DNA from: Clostridiales bacterium
GTDB taxonomy: Bacteria; Bacillota; Clostridia; Christensenellales; UBA1242
Assembly: GCA_015069335.1 (NCBI GenBank)
Contig: SVIU01000001.1
Location: 1,180-65,179, forward strand
Reading direction: 5' to 3'
DNA length: 64,000 nucleotides
Part shown: in pieces, positions 55,867 to 64,000 of the stretch
How positions within the stretch are numbered: the first letter of the stretch is position 1
Layout: every line of letters starts with the position of its first letter
Notes under the pieces: model-generated
What the model saw: the letters and a program-made list of their open reading frames with translations, nothing else
Databases searched by the model: none
Told to the model about the DNA's origin: nothing
Program-made: the position numbers and the translations under genes

Positions 55867-56793
55867 TTATACTCCTTGGTTGTTTAAGTTGTTTAAAACT
55901 TTTTGAAAGTCTTCTGGCAAATCGCAAGTAAACGACATAATTTGTTTTGTTTCTGGGTGATAGAACTCAATTTTGTACGCATGCAAAAGTTGGCCATTTG
56001 TTTTAAAGCGTTTGCTAGCCGAACCATACAACTCATCACCAACAATTGCGTGGTTTAGATGCTTGCAATGCACTCTGATTTGGTGAGTTCTGCCTGTTTG
56101 CAAAATAAACTCCACCAAAGTGTACTGGCCAAATCTTTGCAAAACCTTGTAATGTGTTTCTGCCAGCTTGCCAGTTCCTAGTGGAAAAACATCCATTTTT
56201 TTGCGGTCTTTTAAACTGCGACCAAAACCAGTTTTAATAATGCCTTGATCATCTTTAAAATTGCCAACGCAAAGAGCCAAATAATGTCTATGGCATTCTT
56301 TTAGTTCTATCTGCCTTGCAAGTTCTTTGTGAGAAACATCATTTTTGGCAACGAGCAAAAGCCCTGTTGTGTCCTTGTCCAACCTATGAACAATACCTGG
56401 GCGAATAACGCCATTTATGGAGCTTAAATTGTCCAAATGATATAAAAGTGCATTGACAAGTGTTCCGTTATCATTGCCGTTTGCCGGGTGAACTACCATG
56501 CCTCTTGGCTTGTTTATTACTGCCAAATACTTATCTTGATATACAATATCAATATTCAAATTTTCCGGCAAAACTTGTAGTTCTTTTGGCTGGTCAATTT
56601 CTACTGTAACAACCTGATTTTCTTTTATTTTTTCGCCAGATTTTACGGTTTTTTCATTCAGCAAAATTTTGCCATTTTCTATTAATGTTTTGATGTGCGA
56701 GCGTGATAAATCTGGGCAATTTGACAACACAAAATTGTCAAGCCTTTGCCCTGCGTTTTCATGCGTTACGATATAATTAGTTTTCATTGGCAT
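55867..56793 (-). CDS. rluD: 23S rRNA pseudouridine synthase RluD family
   Basis: S4 domain (GQRLDNFV), HRLDKDTTGLL catalytic Asp motif, GRTHQIRVH. ATG at 56791-56793 chosen. No SD upstream. Confidence 0.9.
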   Translation of the reverse strand: MPMKTNYIVTHENAGQRLDNFVLSNCPDLSRSHIKTLIENGKILLNEKTVKSGEKIKENQVVTVEIDQPKELQVLPENLNIDIVYQDKYLAVINKPRGMVVHPANGNDNGTLVNALLYHLDNLSSINGVIRPGIVHRLDKDTTGLLLVAKNDVSHKELARQIELKECHRHYLALCVGNFKDDQGIIKTGFGRSLKDRKKMDVFPLGTGKLAETHYKVLQRFGQYTLVEFILQTGRTHQIRVHCKHLNHAIVGDELYGSASKRFKTNGQLLHAYKIEFYHPETKQIMSFTCDLPEDFQKVLNNLNNQGV

Positions 56794-56901
56794 CAACTTT
56801 TTTTGAATTTTTTGTAGTGCTTGTTTTTGTTGATTTATTGGTTGTTGTTTGTTTTGATGTTTGTTTTTTTGACGAATTGGAATTTTTATTTTGTGATTGC
56901 T

Positions 56902-57777
56902 TTACACCTTGTGTTTTTGAGTTTGTTTTTTTTGTTGTGTTTGTTTTTGATTTTGAATTACTTGCCGATTTTTTTGTTGTGTTATTGCGTGCCGATTTGT
57001 TTTTTGCTTTGGCTCTGCTGGTTGTTGAGTGTTTGACTCTACATCTTGAGTGTCAATTCTGTCAGACTCTTGTGTTATGTCTTCTTCAACCTCACCGTTT
57101 TGATTGTTTAAGACTTCGGCATTGTTTGTTGAAATTGTATCTACATTTTCAGCAACTTCCACATCAGTTTTGTTTTCTGCAGTTTGTACATTTGTTTCTT
57201 TTGCTTGCTCCGTATTTATTTCTAATGCCAATTTTGCCTTTTTTTCTAGCTTTGGCATAATAAAAATCAAGTATATTGCCAGCATTATTACTCCAACACA
57301 AATTGCAATATCTGCAATATTGAAAGTTGGAAAGTTTATAAATTCTAGCTTAATAAAGTCACGAACTCTGCCAAACTTGATTCTGTCATACAAATTGCAC
57401 AATGCCCCGCTAAAAATAAGCCCCATTGAAATAGCATAAAAATAGTTTTTGTATTTTAAGAAAATGTTAAACACCACCAAGGCAGCAATAAAAACAATTG
57501 ACAAAACAATAAGTAGTGTCGTGTTGTTGCCCAAAATGCCAAATGCACCACCTGTGTTGCCGTTTGGCAAGCTTTCTATTCTAAAAAAGCCTTTGATGAC
57601 ATCCATATTTTCGCCATCGGTTAAGAATTTTAATATTAAATCCCAAAAAACAATTGTTATGCCCATTAAAACCATAACTGTACCGAATCTATTTTTATAT
57701 AAAAAATTTTTTACTGCTTGTGTGCATTTTACAAAAAAGTTTTTGATTGATTTAAAAAAATTTTTTACCTTACTCAT
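56902..57777 (-). CDS. lspA: Lipoprotein signal peptidase (LspA) with ~110-aa low-complexity C-terminal tail
   Basis: NTGGAFG, VRDFIKL and FNIADIAI motifs in the first ~175 aa. The remainder is an E/T/N/Q/K-rich tail. AGGGGT SD. Confidence 0.85.
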   Translation of the reverse strand: MSKVKNFFKSIKNFFVKCTQAVKNFLYKNRFGTVMVLMGITIVFWDLILKFLTDGENMDVIKGFFRIESLPNGNTGGAFGILGNNTTLLIVLSIVFIAALVVFNIFLKYKNYFYAISMGLIFSGALCNLYDRIKFGRVRDFIKLEFINFPTFNIADIAICVGVIMLAIYLIFIMPKLEKKAKLALEINTEQAKETNVQTAENKTDVEVAENVDTISTNNAEVLNNQNGEVEEDITQESDRIDTQDVESNTQQPAEPKQKTNRHAITQQKNRQVIQNQKQTQQKKQTQKHKV

Positions 57778-57790
57778 TTTTTACCCCTAA

Positions 57791-58240
57791 TTATTGAACT
57801 AAATATATGTTTGAATCTACCCTTTGCATAACAAGGCCAAGTGCAAACACTGCGCCTGATAAAAAGTCTAACGACCTAACCAAATCTTGCTGATTCATTG
57901 ATGAAAAATTTAAAATTAATTTTTCGCCATTTTTTATTCTGTTGACAACATTTTGAACTTGCATTTGAGTGTTAACAACCACAACATTCATAGAACTATT
58001 TGTTGGTTTTTGCTCTTGCGTTGTTTGTTGCTGTATAGTATCATTTTGATTTAAATTATCAAATTGATAATTAACTTCTGGCTTGTTTTTTTGCGTGACA
58101 AAATCTTCTGATTTATTTAGATCAAAAGACGCGCTTATTGGTTTTGATTTTTTCTTTTTTTCTTTTATTTTTACTGGCTCTGATGAAGGCTCTTCGTCTT
58201 CAAAACCAAGTCCTTTTAAAAATTTGTTAAAAAAACCCAT
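57791..58240 (-). CDS. sepF: Cell division protein SepF
   Basis: MGFFNKFLKGLGF N-terminal membrane-targeting helix, Q/N-rich linker, C-terminal SepF domain (ILNFSSMNQQDLVRSLDFLSGAVFAL). Confidence 0.85.
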   Translation of the reverse strand: MGFFNKFLKGLGFEDEEPSSEPVKIKEKKKKSKPISASFDLNKSEDFVTQKNKPEVNYQFDNLNQNDTIQQQTTQEQKPTNSSMNVVVVNTQMQVQNVVNRIKNGEKLILNFSSMNQQDLVRSLDFLSGAVFALGLVMQRVDSNIYLVQ

Positions 58241-58309
58241 ACTTTCACCTATTAAGTATGAGTTTAATATTTATCAAAATTTATGTCAACATTTTGACAT
58301 TGTTTTTTG

Positions 58310-59011
58310 TTAATCTTGAGAATAAATTATTCTGCGGCAATGCTCGCATTCTAATACCCCGTTATTTTTTAGTGTTTGCAAGCTTGCATATGGGAGTTCC
58401 ATACGGCAGCCACCGCAAGCTTTTTCAATGCATGGAACAAAAACTGGAAAAATATTATCTTGACGACGTTGTTTGTATTTTGCCAAGATTGTTTGATCAA
58501 GACCTTCTTCTAATTTTTTAACTTCTTTTGATTTTGCATCAATTTCTGGTTGAAGATTTTGACTTTCGGTTTCGAACATTTGTTTATGCTTTGCATATTT
58601 TTCTTTTGCTGTGTTGTATCTTTTTTTGGTTTGATCAAAATCCACCAAAATTGCATTAACTTTTTCTGCTTGATTCAATAATTTCTTTTCTAAAATTGCA
58701 AGATTATTAGATACTGTTTGGGCGATTTCTTCTAATGTTTCTAAGTCAGCAACAGAAGATGTTTCCAAGTCTTTTCCGTTTATTTTGTTGGCGTAAACCA
58801 CGTTGTCTTGATAAGTTTTTTTGAGTTGCTCATAACTTGCAATCAAATCGCCCGCCTGTTTTTCTAGGGCGCTACTTTTGTTTTGTGCATCTTTAACCAC
58901 ACCAACCATTTGAGTAAAGATTTTTTTGTTTTCATTGGCGTTTAGTTGTCTTTCTAACTTGATTAGTTCGGCATCTTTTTTTTGATATTCAATTATTTTT
59001 TTTAAGTCCAT
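58310..59011 (-). CDS. Coiled-coil protein with C-terminal C4 zinc ribbon (COG1579 family)
   Basis: 233 aa. Long coiled coil, then CGGCRMELP...CEHCRRI. Confidence 0.75.
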   Translation of the reverse strand: MDLKKIIEYQKKDAELIKLERQLNANENKKIFTQMVGVVKDAQNKSSALEKQAGDLIASYEQLKKTYQDNVVYANKINGKDLETSSVADLETLEEIAQTVSNNLAILEKKLLNQAEKVNAILVDFDQTKKRYNTAKEKYAKHKQMFETESQNLQPEIDAKSKEVKKLEEGLDQTILAKYKQRRQDNIFPVFVPCIEKACGGCRMELPYASLQTLKNNGVLECEHCRRIIYSQD

Positions 59012-59022
59012 AATGTCTCCTT

Positions 59023-60081
59023 TTAATCTTCCATAAATCCTGCTAGTTTTTTGCTTCTTGTTGGATTGCGCAATTTTCTTAATGCTTTTGCCTCAATTTG
59101 ACGAATACGCTCTCTTGTAACGTTAAACTCTTTTCCAACTTCTTCCAATGTTCTTGGATGAGAATCGTCAAGGCCATATCTTAGGCGAATAACCTTTTGC
59201 TCTCTTGGTGTAAGTGTGTCAATAACTGCTAGTAGTTGTTCTCTTAAAAGGTTTTGAGCTGCCACTTCGGCTGGCGATTTTATTGTTTCGTCTTCTATAA
59301 AGTCGGCAATTTTTGAATCATCTTCTTCGCCAACTGGGTTTTCTAAACTGATTGGATCTTGTGCAATTTTTTGAATTTCTGCAACTTTTTCTTCAGTGAT
59401 TTCCATTGCCGCTGCAATTTCTTGAGTTGTTGGATCACGGCCTAGGTCTTGCAACAATTGTCTTTTGATTCTTGTAAGCTTGTGAATTGTTTCTACCATG
59501 TGAACAGGAATACGGATTGTTCTTGCTTGGTCTGCCATTGCTCTTGTGATGGATTGCCTTATCCACCAAGTTGCATAGGTCGAAAACCTAAAGCCTTTTG
59601 TAGGGTCAAATTTTTCTACCGCTTTAATAAGGCCAATGTTGCCCTCTTGAATAAGGTCCAAAAATTGCATATTTGTTCTGCCAGAATATCTTTTTGCAAT
59701 GCTAACAACAAGTCTTAAGTTTGATTCGGCAAGTTTTGCTTTTGCATATTCGTCACCCTCTAGGGCTCTGCGTGACAAAACAAGCTCTTCTTCTGGTGAC
59801 AAAAGGGGAACTTTTCCTATATCTTTTAAATAAATTTTTACTGGATCATCTACGCTTACGCTTGCAACAAGGTCGGCAAAATCTTCTTTTGAAATGTCGG
59901 TTGATGCGGCTTGAATAACTTTTATGCCGTTTTGTTCAAATTGCTTGACAATTGACTCAATTTGCTCTGCTGTTGCTTCGTATTTTAGAAGTTTATAATA
60001 GATGTCCTCCTCGTTTATAGAACCTTTTTTTGTTGCAATTTCTAACAACTTTTTACATTCTTGTTCTAGCTTTTTTTCCAC
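59023..60081 (-). CDS. sigA: Primary sigma factor SigA/RpoD
   Basis: Region 2 [12 protein letters not shown]...[13 protein letters not shown], region 4.2 [28 protein letters not shown]. dnaG-sigA pair. Confidence 0.95.
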   Translation of the reverse strand: MEKKLEQECKKLLEIATKKGSINEEDIYYKLLKYEATAEQIESIVKQFEQNGIKVIQAASTDISKEDFADLVASVSVDDPVKIYLKDIGKVPLLSPEEELVLSRRALEGDEYAKAKLAESNLRLVVSIAKRYSGRTNMQFLDLIQEGNIGLIKAVEKFDPTKGFRFSTYATWWIRQSITRAMADQARTIRIPVHMVETIHKLTRIKRQLLQDLGRDPTTQEIAAAMEITEEKVAEIQKIAQDPISLENPVGEEDDSKIADFIEDETIKSPAEVAAQNLLREQLLAVIDTLTPREQKVIRLRYGLDDSHPRTLEEVGKEFNVTRERIRQIEAKALRKLRNPTRSKKLAGFMED

Positions 60082-60083
60082 TT

Positions 60084-61865
60084 TTAGTCCTCCATGTTTT
60101 TATTCTTTAGTCTATTTGTTATTTTTGCTATTGAAAGCAAAATTTGTTTTCTTTGATTAACATCTGTGCAATTTTGAAATTGTTCGTTGAGCTTTGCCTG
60201 TTGATTAATTAAGTCTTTTTCGACAATATTCCATAAACATTCATTATAATATTTTTCATTATTGCCATTTTCTTCAAAATTATAGTTGATTATGTCAACC
60301 AAATTTGGCTCTTCGTCAAAATTGAATTCGTCATAAAGTGAACTGATTCTAAAATTTTGGTCAGAATTTGTTTTTGACATTATTAAATCATATAATTTTG
60401 CGTATGTATCATTAAACAAATATTTTTTGAGATTAAAATTGTAATTTACATATTCTTTTTTATAAAGCATACTTGCCAAAATAAATTTTAGTGCTTTATT
60501 GCTTCCGTCTTCTATGTTTAAATTGTCTTCAATTTTTGATGATTGCTCGGTTTGAGTAACGTTTCTATTAAACACATCTTGCCTTAAAATGTCGGTTGGA
60601 ATGCCACTTATATCTCTAATATGTTTGAAATATACTTGTTTTTCGCTATCGCTGTTTAGCTTGTCTAAAAGCGCAATAACATCTCGCATAAACTTTGTTT
60701 TTTGGTTTGACTGCTTAAAATCAACACCCATTGCCAAATAATCAATTTGAAAATCTATGTAATCGACAGCGTTGTCAAGTTGCTGTTGCATTTTTGTTGC
60801 ACCATGCTCTTTTATGTATTCGTCTGGGTCATTGCCGTTTGGAAGTTTTAGTGCCTTAACGGTAAAACCCTCACTTGCCAAAATATCAACAATTTTGTTG
60901 CATGCAGCAAGGCCCGCTTTGTCGCCATCTAAGCAGCATATTACATTTGGTGAAACAAGTTTTAATTGTTTGGCATGCTTTTCGGTGAATGCTGTTCCCA
61001 AACAAGCAACTGCATTTTTAAAGCCTGCTTTGTGCATTGCAATAACATCCATTTGCCCTTCAACTATTATTATTTTATCAATTGCTTCTTTTTGCTTTTG
61101 TTGACGCAATAGGTTTAAGCCATAAATTAAATTTGATTTGTCAAATACAACTGTGTTGGATGAATTGCGATATTTTGCTTTTGTTTTGTCGTTGGTTAAA
61201 ATTCTTGCAGAAAAACCAACGCATTCGTTGTACATGTTAAAAAGCGGAAACATTAACCGATATGCAAATGGATCATAAAAATTGCCTTTTTGGTTTTTGT
61301 CTACTAAGCCCGCTTTTTGCAAAATGTCATAAGAATAACCTTTGCCAATCAAATAATTTGGCATTTCGTTATAGTCAACCGAATAGCCCAGAACAAAATC
61401 ATTTAGTTGGTTTATGGTGAGTTTTCTTTTTTTGATGTATTCTTGTGCTGGTTTTGCAATTTCTTTATATAAATTTTCTTTATAATGAAGCATTGCATCG
61501 TTTAGAGCCTGTAAAACAAGGTCTTTTTCTTTTTTGCGTTTTTCTATGCCATCGTCATTTTTTAATGAAAAGTTTGGCACTTCCATACCAACACTTTTTG
61601 CTAAAATTTCTACTGCTTGCATAAAATCGCATGACTCAATTTTTTGAACAAATTTTACAACGTCGCCATGCTCTTTGCAGCCATAGCAATGGTAGGTTTG
61701 CTCATATTCATAAATACAGAGTGATGGGGTTTTTTCTAAATGAAAAGGACAGCAGGTCCAATAACCTCTGCCTTTTTGCACCAAATGACAATATTTTGAC
61801 ATAACTGACACAATATCGCATTTGCTTTTTAATTCTCCCAACCACTCTTTAAAATCTTTTGCCAA
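60084..61865 (-). CDS. dnaG: DNA primase
   Basis: Zinc finger [11 protein letters not shown]...CYGC, TOPRIM (VEGQMDV, DGDKAG), C-terminal helicase-binding region. Confidence 0.95.
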   Translation of the reverse strand: MAKDFKEWLGELKSKCDIVSVMSKYCHLVQKGRGYWTCCPFHLEKTPSLCIYEYEQTYHCYGCKEHGDVVKFVQKIESCDFMQAVEILAKSVGMEVPNFSLKNDDGIEKRKKEKDLVLQALNDAMLHYKENLYKEIAKPAQEYIKKRKLTINQLNDFVLGYSVDYNEMPNYLIGKGYSYDILQKAGLVDKNQKGNFYDPFAYRLMFPLFNMYNECVGFSARILTNDKTKAKYRNSSNTVVFDKSNLIYGLNLLRQQKQKEAIDKIIIVEGQMDVIAMHKAGFKNAVACLGTAFTEKHAKQLKLVSPNVICCLDGDKAGLAACNKIVDILASEGFTVKALKLPNGNDPDEYIKEHGATKMQQQLDNAVDYIDFQIDYLAMGVDFKQSNQKTKFMRDVIALLDKLNSDSEKQVYFKHIRDISGIPTDILRQDVFNRNVTQTEQSSKIEDNLNIEDGSNKALKFILASMLYKKEYVNYNFNLKKYLFNDTYAKLYDLIMSKTNSDQNFRISSLYDEFNFDEEPNLVDIINYNFEENGNNEKYYNECLWNIVEKDLINQQAKLNEQFQNCTDVNQRKQILLSIAKITNRLKNKNMED

Positions 61866-62001
61866 ACTAAACCACCACTACGTTAACATTTTTGCTTATT
61901 CAAAAGTATTATTCGACACAAACTTGTTAATTCCTTTAATTTTTTTTAAAAACTTGAAAAAGACGACTGACCATTAAAATCAATCGTCTAAAAAATTTAT
62001 T

Positions 62002-64000
62002 CTAGTACATATATTTTCTATAATCGGCGCCGCCGCCACCGCCGCCTCTTTTCTTTTTAATAACAACAATTATAACAATTATTGCCACCAAGCCAACTAC
62101 TCCAAGTAAAATCCAAAGCCATAATAGTGATGCACCTTGTTTTACTTCTTCTTTGGTTAATATGCAAGTTAAATAGTAAACACCATCATCTCCGTTTTCA
62201 TCATCTTCTGTTTTTTCAATTTTAAATGTACCTGAATAATCAATCTTGTTTTTAGATGGCAGATTTTTTGTACCATCTTGCCAAACATTAAAATAATATC
62301 CCTCATTTAATCTTGTGATTTCAATATAATGCTCGGCACTACTAAATCTAATTGTTGCAGTGTAATATCCCTCTTGATTCCAATAAACTGGAACTGAACC
62401 ACCATCAATTGAAACCTCTGCAATCTGCTCTGTTATATCATCTCCATTCAACTCAAATTTAATTTGAACAGTTTTGACATCCTTTTTAAATACAACAAAC
62501 ATTACAAATTCGGTTGATTCGTTTTCTTCAGTGTCAGGATTATCAAATGTATAACTATCAATTTCAACTGGTGTTGCATTAGCATTTGAATGCTTGTTAT
62601 TGTATAGCACACCATTTTCATTGAATATCCATTCAACATTGCTTCGTCCGACAAAATATGGTTGCAATCCAGCTTCGGATATATTATATGAATTTAATGG
62701 ATTATTTTCCGAATATTCATCTGTCTTATATGTAGCAACATACCAATCTGCCTCTTTTGCAAAGTCTGAATTTACTTCAGTTGTTTGATAAGAATATTCA
62801 GCCCCATATTGCATATCAACATCTAATTGTTCGCTTGCAGTAACGGCATTACTGCTAATAACCCTACCAGGAATTAGTGTGTCTTCCTCTGTCAATTCAT
62901 AGTTTAAAACAACAATTTTTAATTTGTATGTTATTCTTTCGAGTTCGACTCTATATGTGCCTGCACCCTTAGATGTTGTGTTTGGGATTATAAATACTAT
63001 TTCTGCGTCATTTTCTTTTGTACAATTTATATTTAAATCACCTATATTGCTAAAAGTTTTTATATCATAAACCTTTTCATCATTTAAATATATTGCTGTA
63101 ATTTTAAAATATTGACTGAAATTGCTCTTAATATTGATAGAAAACTTTACCTTGTCCCCATAAGAAACTTGATGTTCTTCTTCTTGGTTGTAATCCTCAT
63201 CATTGATTTTGGCTTCAATAATGTCTAAAGGTGGTAAATTTTTACCAATTGGCGATTTTTTTACACTTTCTTCTGAGCTAAATTTAATAGAAAAACTCAT
63301 AAAATATTGTAATTCTGGCACTGATAGCGATGATGACTTCCAAATTTTATTGAAATCCCAAGAATAAATATGATTCCATGATTCTGATCTTAAAAAATAA
63401 TTTGCTGTTAGACTTTGATCAAAATTATATATGATTTTTGAATATGTGCTAACCAACTGTTGATTGTTTTTTAAATAAATCAATGCGTGATTTGAGGTTG
63501 TAATAAAACCCTCAAAATCTAATGGTTGGATTTCGTAATTTGTATTGCCTGCAACAACGCCAAAATGCAAAATTTCTTCTTCAATATTTGGGATCAATGT
63601 CGCATCAACAAAGTTGTTTATTATTGCAACTTGATTGCCAGCAACACTACCAAACAAATAGCCAATATTAAGTGGTTTGCTGTTTGTTGCTGTTGTTATG
63701 CTAATTGGAGAGCTTTGTGTATTTGCATAGTTTATTATATTGTTTGTAACAAAGCCATTTTCCATAATGCCAACAAGTCCGCCAAAGTTGAAACTGCTTG
63801 AATTTGTATCGTCGATTTCAAGATTAATTGTGTTATTTTGAACTAAACAGTTTTGTATTTTTGAGCCGTCAATAGCCTTGCCTGCAACAAAACCAACATT
63901 GATATTTGTTGTAATGCTATCTTCTGCATCATTTTTTATATTACAATTATCAATAAAGATTTGGTGAATATCACTTGCAACCACCTTACCAGCAACAATG
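62002..64000 (-). CDS. Large surface protein with GLUG-like repeats and C-terminal TM anchor (5' end outside window)
   Basis: The frame stays open to the window edge, and the ORF-track start at 63984 is an internal GTG. FGGLVG (GLUG-like) motifs at the N-terminal end, a beta-rich body, a C-terminal TM (LWLWILLGVVGLVAIIVIIVVI), then a KKKRGGGGGGADYRKYMY tail. Confidence 0.6.
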   Translation of the reverse strand, partial: IVAGKVVASDIHQIFIDNCNIKNDAEDSITTNINVGFVAGKAIDGSKIQNCLVQNNTINLEIDDTNSSSFNFGGLVGIMENGFVTNNIINYANTQSSPISITTATNSKPLNIGYLFGSVAGNQVAIINNFVDATLIPNIEEEILHFGVVAGNTNYEIQPLDFEGFITTSNHALIYLKNNQQLVSTYSKIIYNFDQSLTANYFLRSESWNHIYSWDFNKIWKSSSLSVPELQYFMSFSIKFSSEESVKKSPIGKNLPPLDIIEAKINDEDYNQEEEHQVSYGDKVKFSINIKSNFSQYFKITAIYLNDEKVYDIKTFSNIGDLNINCTKENDAEIVFIIPNTTSKGAGTYRVELERITYKLKIVVLNYELTEEDTLIPGRVISSNAVTASEQLDVDMQYGAEYSYQTTEVNSDFAKEADWYVATYKTDEYSENNPLNSYNISEAGLQPYFVGRSNVEWIFNENGVLYNNKHSNANATPVEIDSYTFDNPDTEENESTEFVMFVVFKKDVKTVQIKFELNGDDITEQIAEVSIDGGSVPVYWNQEGYYTATIRFSSAEHYIEITRLNEGYYFNVWQDGTKNLPSKNKIDYSGTFKIEKTEDDENGDDGVYYLTCILTKEEVKQGASLLWLWILLGVVGLVAIIVIIVVIKKKRGGGGGGADYRKYMY

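Noticed and set aside
56787-57260. Plus-strand ORFs 56787..57260 (157 aa) and 56821..57036 (71 aa), rich in Phe/Leu/Val/Cys.
   Set aside because: They are the antisense reading of the K/Q/N-rich lspA tail and linker. There are no translation signals. They are a compositional artefact.
62020-62050. A G+C-rich (GGN)6 run encoding GGGGGG in the cytoplasmic tail of the surface protein, considered as a slippage or phase-variation tract.
   Set aside because: The codons are mixed (GGC/GGT/GGA-type on the coding strand), not a homopolymer or perfect short repeat, so slipped-strand switching is unlikely. It is noted only as a compositional oddity.

Overview
This is a 64-kb chromosomal core segment from a low-GC, endospore-forming Firmicute with Clostridia-like gene order. 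It holds about 66 protein genes, and all but three (sigK and two tandem kinase-like paralogs) lie on the minus strand. The order follows the classical Bacillus/Clostridium blocks: ytfJ-scpB-scpA; dac-punA-spoIIM-spoIVB-recN-argR; xseB-xseA-nusB-asp23-spoIIIAH..AA-efp; truB-nrnA-rbfA-infB-ylxQ-ylxR-nusA-rimP; rseP-cdsA-uppS-frr; ftsY-smc-rnc-plsX; dnaG-sigA-sepF-lspA-rluD. I saw no rRNA, tRNA, CRISPR array, transposase, integrase or prophage genes. Five items stand out. (1) A ~630-nt structured non-coding RNA with its own promoter and terminator lies between xseB and a small 4-TM protein. It is best explained as OLE RNA plus OapA, in a context that lacks the usual ispA/dxs neighbours. (2) The gene in the conserved polC slot encodes only PolC-like N-terminal, OB and 3'-5' exonuclease modules, with no PHP or polymerase core. 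(3) A 452-aa protein divergent from sigK has a C-terminus that looks like a diadenylate-cyclase (DAC) fold with a degenerate RHR motif. (4) A small accessory patch at 49.0-55.9 kb contains a membrane HAMP/class III cyclase homolog with substituted transition-state residues, a 19-bp tandem repeat array over its 3' end, two tandem HipA/HipT-like kinase-fold paralogs each with a near-consensus promoter abutting the ATG (apparently leaderless), and HelD, ArsR and GNAT genes. (5) lspA and rluD are in the same reading frame, separated by a single TAA inside one continuous K/Q/N-rich tract, and rluD has no Shine-Dalgarno. All family assignments rest on motif recognition and synteny by eye. No searches were run.
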